Source: Dehalococcoidia bacterium (GTDB lineage: Bacteria > Chloroflexota > Dehalococcoidia > Plut-88900). From it: DNA of 64,000 nucleotides. The notes beneath the pieces were generated by a model that worked only from the letters and a program-made list of their open reading frames with translations, did no database searches and was not told the origin of the DNA. Location: assembly GCA_965249275.1 (NCBI GenBank), contig CBDFLQ010000007.1:896001-960000 (forward strand). The letters run 5' to 3'. Positions 52,950 to 63,100 of the stretch are shown here, piece after piece (within the stretch, counting starts at the first letter, position 1; each line of letters opens with the position of its first letter). The translations under genes were made by a program, and so were the position numbers.

Positions 52950-53587
52950 CGATTGTGGGGTTTCGGTTTCAGTTCTGTCTGTTAGGTTTTGGGAAGGCGA
53001 TGAAAGACGCTTGCTGGATTCGGCTCCCTACATTTAGATAATGCGGGCTAGGAGGCGTCCCGGGAGCGTGGGACGGGGCTCCGCCGCCGCCTAGACCTGG
53101 AAGTATGGTCGGACGTACGGGTCCGTCATCCGTCATAGGCTCCGATGCAGGGTTGGCTGCGCTGTCCGCCTGAGGCGGGTGCAGGAAGGGGAAAGTCCAG
53201 GGTCAGTTCCCCTCGCAGGAGTACGGGGTATCCAGTTAGCCGACGATGTCCCGGAGCCGGGAGACGGCGGCAGCCCAGTTTATTTGAGGAAGCGGACGGA
53301 GAGCCGAGCGGGCCTCGGCTACGGGCTGCCCCGTTCCGCTCCGTAGGACGGGTTGCTCCGTGAGGAGACTTTTAAGTACGATCCAGGGCGTCTTCCATCG
53401 CCTGGGGGTCAGGGAAGGGGGCACGGGACCCGGTGGGGATGAGGAGATGGCGACTTTCGCTTGTGCCGCGGGCCTGCGCGGGGGCCGTTGGGATGGGCTT
53501 AGGCGTTGAGTCCTCGGGCGGGTCGGGTGGGCTCCCCTGGGTGTTGGGTTCCTCCTTAAGGTAGTTGGGTTAGGTGGTCTAGACCTG
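52950..53587 (-). ncRNA. Candidate large structured ncRNA, copy B (unassigned family; ends approximate)
   Basis: Collinear blocks shared with 6843-7460(+); 16-bp stem 53388-53403/52995-53010 with compensatory changes and one G-U on the minus strand. Confidence 0.6.
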
Positions 53588-53592
53588 GCTAC

Positions 53593-53622
53593 AATATAGA
53601 ACATAAGTACTTATAATGTCAA
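53593..53622 (-). promoter_or_regulatory. sigma70 promoter with LexA-type operator
   Basis: Minus strand TTGACA-18 nt-TATATT; GTAC-ttat-GTTC (53599-53610) abuts the -10. Confidence 0.8.
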
Positions 53623-53961
53623 GAGGGTGATGCCACCCCTCTATGTGAACGGGATCAGCTGATGTATATCCTTAACAATAGGGTGTCGCTGCTAGCTCAA
53701 ACTAAAAGCATCATAGATTTATGATGATATAATCAACGACCAGATGGCCCCACCACTGGTCGAGAGATGTTCGGCTGGCAATCGTCAGGTCAAAAAATGG
53801 CGGACCCGGCTTACTTTGAGGTCACCTCAATTAAGCTGGGAGCATTTTGGACTGGATCTTCGGACCACGGAAACCTCGTGCGGGCGATTAGAGTGTCATA
53901 AGGACCTGCCCGCGTGAGATTGCGACTGTTCCTCTCGTCGCAGGGTGTTGGAGATTAGCAG

Positions 53962-54744
53962 ATGAACCTGACCAAGATACTACGGCGCAGGTTGTCAATC
54001 ACAGTGTTGGTGATGGGCTTGATGTTGCTGGCAGCGGCATGTGGATCAGAACCGGCACCCACTGTTGCGCCGACCTCCGCACCCACCGCTGCGCCGACTC
54101 CCACACCAACCCCTGAGCTGACGCTGGATAGTGTCCTTTCGAGCGCGGGCCAAGGGTTGGCCGAAATGTCCACGGCAAAGTTTCAAATGATCGACGAATT
54201 GGAATCGGGGTCCCAGTTCTTTGGAATGACTTTGAAGAACGTGGAAGGAGAAATAAAATCTCCGGACAGTTTCAGGATGCTGGTGAACGTGGAGACTCCA
54301 AATTTCGGATTTGTGGCAATCGAAATGATGGCGGTCGGGGAACAGGCATACATGAAGTTCTCCAGAGACGCGCCTTGGGCCCCACTGCCTTTAGACCAGG
54401 TGCCCTTTAATTTCGGGGGTATGGGCGTAACTCTGAGTGAATTGCTGCCCATCCTCAAGGATGTATCTGTTGCTGGCCGGGAGTCTGTAGACGGTATCCA
54501 AACCGTCCGCTTAGATGGAAATGTTGTGTCTGAGGAGATGTCGAAGCTCATCACGTCCGTAGACTCAGGCCATCCAATCCAGCTGACCTTTTGGTTTGAC
54601 GAGGCTGGATATACTTTGCGGCAGTTCAGAATGATCGGCAAACTTTTCAATGATGACGCTCCGGAAACCAGCCGCCTAGTGGGGATCATGAATGTCAATG
54701 CTCCAGTCGACATCCAACTCCCAGATATCGCCTCCGGACAGTGA
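53962..54744 (+). CDS. LppX/LprAFG-like lipoprotein
   Basis: Lipobox LLAAAC, Pro/Thr linker, LolA-like beta-rich domain ending N.PV.I.LP. Confidence 0.7.
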   Translation: MNLTKILRRRLSITVLVMGLMLLAAACGSEPAPTVAPTSAPTAAPTPTPTPELTLDSVLSSAGQGLAEMSTAKFQMIDELESGSQFFGMTLKNVEGEIKSPDSFRMLVNVETPNFGFVAIEMMAVGEQAYMKFSRDAPWAPLPLDQVPFNFGGMGVTLSELLPILKDVSVAGRESVDGIQTVRLDGNVVSEEMSKLITSVDSGHPIQLTFWFDEAGYTLRQFRMIGKLFNDDAPETSRLVGIMNVNAPVDIQLPDIASGQ

Positions 54745-56228
54745 AAGCAGTTAGGTCTCGCCTCACGTCCCTGGGTTCTTCCCAGTCGGTTGTCCTAGGA
54801 ATTCTTTGCCTGGGGGTATTCTCGACTGCCCTGGACCAGACTGTGGTAGTTGCCGCGCTGCCAAGCGTAATGGTGGATTTGGAAATCCCCCTTACGGACT
54901 TAGACAGAGCGTCCTGGATCGTAACCGGGTATCTGGTCAGCTACACAGTGGCCATGCCGTTGGCGGGGCGCCTGTCCGATGTCCACGGCCGCGTCAGGAT
55001 GTTCCAGCTGGCGCTTCTTCTGTTCTCCATCGGGTCTGCGTTTGTTGCGGTAGCTCCGAACTTCCCTTGGGTGGTGTCAGCCAGGGTGCTTCAAGCCGTC
55101 GGGGGAGGGGCCACGGTCCCCATAGGGCTGGCTATGGCAGTGGGAGCTGTAGCACCGCAGCAAAGGGGAATTGCCCTGGGACTCGTGGCTGCCTCAGCAG
55201 AAGCCGGGTCTGTATTGGGCCCCCTCTATGGAGGCGCCATAATCGAATGGATTGGCTGGCGGTGGATATTTTGGCTGGACATACCCCAGAGCTTCTTTTT
55301 AATAGCGCTTTTGTCCATCTTGCCGAATCGCGCCAACCCTGCGGCTAAAATGGACTACTTTGGGGCGCTGGCGCTGGGAGGAGCCCTCACCATTCTAACC
55401 ATTGCGCTGTCTCAAAGAAGCATCTTTTCAGTAGAGTCCATTGTCCCCTATCTTATGGTAGGGGTCGGAATCATACTGGTCTTGGTCTTGATCCTGGTGG
55501 AGAGACGTGCGGTCCAGCCCCTGCTTGCATCTTTCCTGTACAGCTCGAGAGCGTTCTTGTCCTCCAACATTGCTCAGTTTCTGGTTGGGGTCGCTTTGAT
55601 CATCTCTTTAGTAGCCGTCCCTCTTATGGCCGCCACCGTCATGGAGAAGTCGGCATGGGAGAGTGCCCTCCACTTAGTCCGTCTTACGGCGGCCATTCCG
55701 GTGGGAGCAGTGATAGGAGGCTACATTCTGCGCTGGACTGGAGTCAGGGCGGTGTGCATCACTGGCCTAGCGTTTATAGGAACGGGCCTGCTGTTCATGA
55801 GCGGATGGGAGACGGAGGTGGAGGAACTCAGGCTATCTGTGCCCTTGGCAATGACGGGTTTGGGATTCGGGCTGGTGATCCCTGCCATAAACACCAGTGC
55901 TTTGAGCGCGGCTCCTAGTCACTATTGGGGCGCCGCGGCCTCATTGGTAACTGCGTCACGAATGGTGGGGATGGCATTGGGACTATCAGCGTTGTCCGCC
56001 TGGGGTATAGAACGCTTCTACAGCTTGACCTCCCACGTGACGATTGGAGAGACTTTCGAGGAGACCGAGGCCCCATTGATAGAAGCTGGGGTGACCGTCT
56101 TCCAGAACCTTTTTATGATCGCGGGGTTCCTGGCCTTGGTTGCCATCTTGCCGGCACTGCTGATGAAAATGGAAGATGGCGAAGAAGCGGAGTCCTTGAC
56201 CATAGCCACCAGCCATATGGATGGCTGA
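54741..56228 (+). CDS. 14-TMS MFS (DHA2) transporter, P55/Rv1410c-like
   Basis: ALDQTVV..ALP, WIV.GYL..Y.VAMPL.GR.SD..GR, E.GSVLGPLYG; GTGA overlap with the lipoprotein gene. Confidence 0.9.
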   Translation: MKAVRSRLTSLGSSQSVVLGILCLGVFSTALDQTVVVAALPSVMVDLEIPLTDLDRASWIVTGYLVSYTVAMPLAGRLSDVHGRVRMFQLALLLFSIGSAFVAVAPNFPWVVSARVLQAVGGGATVPIGLAMAVGAVAPQQRGIALGLVAASAEAGSVLGPLYGGAIIEWIGWRWIFWLDIPQSFFLIALLSILPNRANPAAKMDYFGALALGGALTILTIALSQRSIFSVESIVPYLMVGVGIILVLVLILVERRAVQPLLASFLYSSRAFLSSNIAQFLVGVALIISLVAVPLMAATVMEKSAWESALHLVRLTAAIPVGAVIGGYILRWTGVRAVCITGLAFIGTGLLFMSGWETEVEELRLSVPLAMTGLGFGLVIPAINTSALSAAPSHYWGAAASLVTASRMVGMALGLSALSAWGIERFYSLTSHVTIGETFEETEAPLIEAGVTVFQNLFMIAGFLALVAILPALLMKMEDGEEAESLTIATSHMDG

Positions 56229-57159
56229 GCTGATGCCCGGTCGGGCAAGAGGCTGCTAGGCCTGAAACGCGTGGCCTGTTCGCTCCCCATTTGCCCAAAG
56301 TAAGACGTCCCGGGTTATAGTGCGCTCGGCCGTACCTTTCCCTTCCTTTTCATCTAACCCTCCCCTCCATGTGCCGAAGGGCCAATCATGCCTTTGACGG
56401 TAGTTAGCTAGAACGTGCATTAGGCTAGCTCCCGCTCACCCCGTAGCAGCGAGATTCCTAGAAGGTCCCTAACCCACAGCCCAGAAATCATTTGCTTCAC
56501 CGAGGCCAGCACCAGCCTCCTGGCTGAGGGTAGCCATGTCATCTCCTCTGAGCCCGACTACGGATACCCCATCTTGGAGTAGTCGCCTCCCTGTCAACTG
56601 CTCCAACCCACCTTTCCAGACCCTAGCGAAGGACCACTCCTCTGTCCTCGCAGTGAGAGCTGTAACCCAGTCCCACGTGTTGGTCAATAAGTCTGCGAGG
56701 AGCGTTCCAGCACCTGGGCTACCCTCCAATTTTAGTTCGTACGCGGGCTTGACCTCAACGTAAGTAGATGATAGTTATGTATGATGCGTTAGTATTAACT
56801 GGCGATATGTTCGTAGTACACTATCTATTGGGATCGAATGCATGAAGTCATACTTAGTGCTTGTTGTTCTCCTTTGTCCCTGCGGGTTTGGCACTCCGAG
56901 CGGATCCCGAATGGTTGACAAAGCCCTTCTAAATGATCCCTCTCCATCTGTGTTTTGCAGTGGTCTCGATGAGTGTCTTTATGGGCAATGGTTCGAGCAT
57001 AGCTAGGACACCGATGCGATTCCAAAAGGCTAATCCTCAGCACAAGGTCCGAAGTCAGGCGTTGGCAATGGTCGTCTGCGAATAGGACGTCCGTGGTGGA
57101 AGTGGCGCGCCTGGGGTGATCGCGGTTGGAGTCATCCGTCAGCTCTCAACGCCATAGGG

Positions 57160-60100
57160 ATGACGGTGGGGGCGTTGCTTTTGGGGACTGCAGCGGTAGT
57201 TGTACCTGATATGGGTCCAGATGCGCGGCACTCCTTAGCACTCGAGTCGCCAACGCTGCACATCGAATGGAGAGACCATTCCATCGATACCCACAGGGAT
57301 AACCCCATCCGATTTAACGATGCCTCTATATCGTCCACCGGATCTGAGGTCAACCCTGCAGGCATAAGGGATGCATGGAACTACTATCGTGACCTCGACC
57401 CAGCTCAGACCAGTGACGGCACTCTATTTAATCTCCGTTTCAGCCCAGTGGAACACTGGAACGGGGACAGTGCAGATCCCAGCAATCTAAGCAAAACTTG
57501 CCCTAGCGGCCCTATGCTTACTTCCCTCACCGTGAGCGCTGGCACTCTCTCCCCCACTTTCAGCGGTGACGATGTGGAGTACACCGTACCAGACGTCCCA
57601 TATTCCACTCGAACCCTCACTATCACCGCCACCGCGGGGCCCGGCATCGATGGCCCCTACTTTTATGACGTTTCGTGGAAACCGCTGGAAGACCTGGACG
57701 AAATGACCCCAGGCCACCAGATATCCCTCGCCGTAGGGGAGACGACGGTCAATGTAAGCGTGTACAAGGGAGATCCTTACCGAGACTACACCCTAGTCAT
57801 AACCAGATCCAAACCCACGGTCAGCATCCGGGCCTTAACCACGGGACCTGCTATCGAGGGCGACACGCTGCAGTTCGAAATAAGTAGATCCTCCGCTGCG
57901 GCCGACGCCTTGGCTGTACGGGTGGCCGCGGATGAACTCGACGCGATCCCAGGCGAAGTCCACGATGACATTCTGCCTGACTCTGCGGAAGATAAGTCGC
58001 CCCTGTACTACATCGAGGCTGGTGATTCAACTGCAATATTGGAGGTTGAGACGACTGGAGACGAGATATGGGAGAACCACTCAAAAATCGAGATGAAGAT
58101 AGTGAGCGACGACTTGTACATCATTGACACGGAAAGCAGTCGGGCCTCGGTTGTCGTGAAGGATGATGAATTCGTGGAGTCGGAGGCCGTGCTCAGCGTC
58201 TCTCCCAATCCCATCGGCGAGGGCATGGGTGAGACGATAGCCACCATCACAGTGACTACGAAAGGGGACAAAAGGCCCCACGGCAAGGTCACTATTCCCC
58301 TAACCACCTCCGATGGCACGGCCACCTCGGGGGAAGATTATACGGAACTGGACACGACTCTAACTTTCGCCGAGTCGGACTTCGCCCAAGTCGACCTGGA
58401 TGGCAATACTCGATACCGAGCCATCAAAACCGCTGACATCTCCATCACGCAGGACAGCGTTGACGAAGACATTGAGTCCTTCAGTGTCGGCATGGGCACC
58501 CCCTCCAATACGCTAGTCACTTTAGAGTCAGGCTCCGCCGATACATCTGTCACGATTACTGACGATGACGTGACTGTAACGCCTCCAGTCCTCACTGGCT
58601 TGATCATCAACCCTGGCACGCTAACTCCAATGTTCTCCTCCGGCCATCTCTCCTATAACGTCCCCGACGTTGGGTATGGGACTCATCTTATAACCATTAC
58701 CGCCACACCCGAGTCAGGTGCCGAAGTCTCTTTTCTGGACTCTTCCAATAGCGTCCTCGTCGATCTCAACGATATGACCGAAGGTCAGCAGGTATCCCTC
58801 AAGATAGGGCAAACCTCCGTCAAGGTGAGAGTAGCCAAGGGAGGAGTCACTCAAGACTATACCCTCGTTATGACAAGGGCAAAGCCCACTATCAGCATTA
58901 GTTCCTTGACCACCGGGCCCGGCACCGAAGGCGACACCCTCAGCTTCGAGTTGAAGAGGTCTATAGCTGCAGGTGACGTCTTAGCCGTTAGTGTGGCCAT
59001 CAGCGAACTAGGAGTTGACGCTGACTCCGACCCAGGCGATCTCTTCCCTGACTCCGAAGAAGGGGGTTCACTGTCATACGAAATCGCAAGTAACGAGACC
59101 ACGGTCACTGTAGAAGTGGAAACCACAAGGGATAACGCTTGGGAGAACCACTCCAAGATTCAGGTTAAGGTCGTAGCGGACGACCTTTATGCCATTGATT
59201 TAGAAAGTGGCACTGCCTCGGTTGTCGTGAAGGATGATGATTTCGTGGAGTTGGAGGCGGTGCTTATCGTTTCTCCCAATCCCATCGGCGAGGGCATGGG
59301 TGAGACGATAGCCACTGTGACCATGACTACAAAAGATGACAAGAAGCCCCACGGCAAGGTCACTATTCCCCTAACCACCTCCGATGGCACGGCCACCTCG
59401 GGGGAAGATTATACGGGGACTGACACCACGTTAACTTTCTCCGAGTCGGACTTCGCCCAGATCGACCTGGATGGTAATACTCGATACCAAGCCATCAAAA
59501 CCGCTAACATCTCCATCACGCAGGACAGCGTAGACGAAGACGATGAGTCCTTTAATGTCGGTATGGGAACCCCCTCCGATACGCTAGTTATTTTAGAGTC
59601 AGGCTCCGCCGATACATCTGTCACGATTACTGACGATGACGATCCACCTATCCTTACTTCCCTATCCCTCAGCGCCGGAACACTCACCCCTACCTTCTCC
59701 TCCAGCCATCTCTCTTATAACGTCCCCGACGTTGGGTATGGGACTCATCTTATGACTATTGTCGTCGCCTCTGAGTCAGGCACTTCGGTGTCCTTCCTTA
59801 ACTCTTCCAATAGCGACCTCGTCGATCTCGACGATATGACCGAAGGTCAACAGGTATCCCTCAAGATAGGGAATACTACCGTCAAGGTGAGGGTAGCCAA
59901 GGGAGGAGTTACTCAGGACTACACCCTCGCCATTACAAGGGCAAAGCCCACAGTCAGCATTAGTTCCTTGACCACCGGACCCGGCACCGAAGGCGACACC
60001 CTCAGCTTCGAGTTGAAGAGATCTATAGCCGCAGGTGACGTCTTAGCCGTTAGTGTCGCTATCGGCGAGCTAGGTGTTGAAGCCGACTCCGACCCAGGCG

Positions 60101-63100
60101 ATCTCTTTCCCAACTCCGAAGAAGGGGTGTCACTATCATATGAAATCGCAAAGAACGAGACCACGGTCACTGTAGAGGTGGAAACAACAGGGGATAACAG
60201 CTGGGAGAATCACTCCAAGATTGAGGTTAAGGTAGTGGCGGGCGATTCCTACACTATCGACTCAGAAAGTGGCACTGCCTCGGTTGTCGTGAAGGATGAT
60301 GATTTCGTGGAGTCGGAGGCAGTGCTTAGCGTCTCTCCTAATCCCATCGGCGAGGGCATGGGTGAGACGATAGCCACCATCACAGTGACGACGAAAGGGG
60401 ACGAAAGGCCCCACGGCAAGGTCGCGATTCCCCTAACCACTTCCGACGGCACGGCCACTTCGGGGGAAGATTATACGGAACTGGACACGACTCTAACTTT
60501 CGCCGAGTCGGACTTCGCCCAGATCGACCTGGATGGTAATACTCGATACCGAGCCATCAAGACCGCTGACATCTCCATCACGCAGGACAGCGTTGACGAA
60601 GACGATGAGTCCTTTAGTGTCGACATGGGTACACCATCCGATACTCTAGCCATCTTAGACTCGCGATCAGCCAACATATCCGTCACGATTACCGACAATG
60701 ACGATCCACCTGTCCTTACTTCCCTATCCATCAGCGTCGGCACACTCACCCCTACCTTCTCTTCCAACCAGCTCTCCTATGACGTCCCCAATGTAGCGTA
60801 TGGGACTCATTTGATAACCATTACCGCCACACCAGAGTCCAGTGCCGAAGTCTCTTTTCTGGACTCTTCCAATAACCCTTATGAGGATCTCGACGATATG
60901 GCCGACGGCCACCAAGCCTACCTGGAGATTGGCAAGACTACATTGAAAGTTCGGGTTGTCAGGGGAGACTCGGCGCAAGACTACAGCATGGCTATAACAA
61001 GGGCCAAACCCTCGGTCAGTATAAGAACGTTGACTGACAATCCCGCCACAGAGGGCAACTTGCTGCGCTTCGAGATAGAACGGTCCGAGGCGGCTGGGGA
61101 CGTACTTGAAGTGCGGGTGGGAATGGACGAACTGGATGTGATTGACGAACAAGGGCACGGGGACATTCTCGCAGACGCCATCGAAGACACCTCCCCGTTC
61201 CGGGAGATCGCGCCGAATCAGGCTACGGCAGTGTTCACCGTGGAGACTGCCGGCGACATCGTCTGGGAGGAACATTCCTTGATCGAGATGAAGATCAAGC
61301 CCGAGGATTGGTACAGCATAGATGCTGCCGCGGGAACAGCCACTATAGTTGTGGAGGACGATGATTTACCGGAGTCTGAGGCTGTGCTATCTGTATCACC
61401 TAATCCTGTTAACGAGGGTAAAGGCCAGGCAACTGCGACCATCACCGTAACCACGGAATACGACCAAATGCCTCATGGCCAAGTCTCGATTCCCATCACA
61501 ACCTCGGACGGATCTGCAAAGGCTGGCGAAGACTACGCGGAGTTAAGCGACAGCCTAGTCTTTGCTGGACGGGACTTCTCTGCAATTCAGATAAATGGCG
61601 ACACTTTCTATCGAGCAGCCAAAAACGTGGGCATTGCGATAGTCCACGATAATGTAGACGAGGAAGCGGAGACCTTTAATGTGATGATGGGCTTGCCCAG
61701 CCAAAGCATCGTCGGTGTAGACTCGGATACCAGGATTGTCTCAGTAACCATTGACGATGACGATAACAGCAAGCCAACAGTCACAGTTACCACTTTACCT
61801 TCCCCGGCGAGCGTGTTCGGGCGTGGAGTTGTCACTCTCGACGGCGAGTCTAGCGACTCCAACGAGGCTACGCTCACTTACCTCTGGACCACGACTCCAG
61901 CGGAAATTGGCGAGTTTGGCGACGACAAGATGGAGGACACTACATGGACGGCTCCCGCCCCCCTTGCTGAGGTCCAGACCGTGATCTTGATCCTCACCGT
62001 GACTGACAGTGGCACACCGCAAGAGCAGGGGACAGCTACCGCTTTCGTGACGGTGCAGGCCAATCAGGGTCCGTTTGCTAAAGCTTCCGCATCGAGCGAC
62101 ACCGTCCAAGGTGATGGGATAATCGCACTTACCGGCAGTGGGGCTGACCCTGAGCAAGGCCCCATCACCTATACATGGTCAGGTGACGGAACCTTCAATA
62201 ACGCCGATGCCAAGGACACCACATGGACTGCTCCTCGAGCCACCAACCGGGAGCGGCCCATCACCCTGACCTTGACCGTCACCGATGAGTTAGAGGTGAG
62301 TGATACGAGCGTAGTACAAATCATCGTGGCTGCGGTGAACAGCACGCCTTCGTTTCCCGTGGCCGAAACGGGTGAGCGCTACGTGGATGAAGGAAGCGGG
62401 GCAGGAGACAACGTGGGCGAGCCGGTAGAGGCTGTAGACGAAGAAGGTGATAGCCTCACCTATATACTGAGTGGGATGGATGCTTCGTATTTCGTGATCG
62501 ACGGCACAGGGCAGATAGGGGTGGGGAGCACCACAACGCTGGACTATGAAATCAAGGTTTTATATGCGGTGACTGTATCAGTGTCAGATGGCAAGGATGC
62601 GCACGGAAACACTGACTTAAGTGTGGACGACGCTATAGGAGTTACCATCAGAGTGGTCGATGTTGAGGAGGACGGTAACGTATTGCTCTCACCGTTACCG
62701 CCGCAGGTGGGCGAGGTAATGACTGCTAGGGTGATGGACTCAGACAACTACATTCCGCCCGATAACTTGGGGCTCATTCCCGCCAGCGCTGTCGAGTCCT
62801 GGTTATGGGAGCGTTCTAACGATTCCGACGAGCCTTGGGTGACCATAGCCAACACGACAACAGACAGTTATGCATTGGTGGTTGCCGATATGGGTAACTA
62901 TCTACGGGCTACGGCTACGTATACCGACCGCAGGGGTCCGGATAAGACCGCAAGCGGGGTGTCGGGGGAGGTGGCGCCAGGCATACCTTCCGCTCCAATT
63001 GCGCCGATGGCTGCTTATCACCATGCCGTCATGGGTTTGGAGGTGAGCTGGTCCCCGCCTTTAAGTGATGGAGGTGACCCAGTTATTGAATATTTGGTGC

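Noticed and set aside
53186-53205. GGGGAAAGTCCAGG resembling the RNase P RNA GAGGAAAGUCC motif
   Set aside because: It lies on the strand opposite the promoter, other RNase P universal motifs were not found, and the copy A look-alike is on the other relative strand.
56469-56760. Short minus-strand ORF fragment, and similar fragments at 52440-52913
   Set aside because: Probably gene remnants, but no family can be recognised from the sequence alone.
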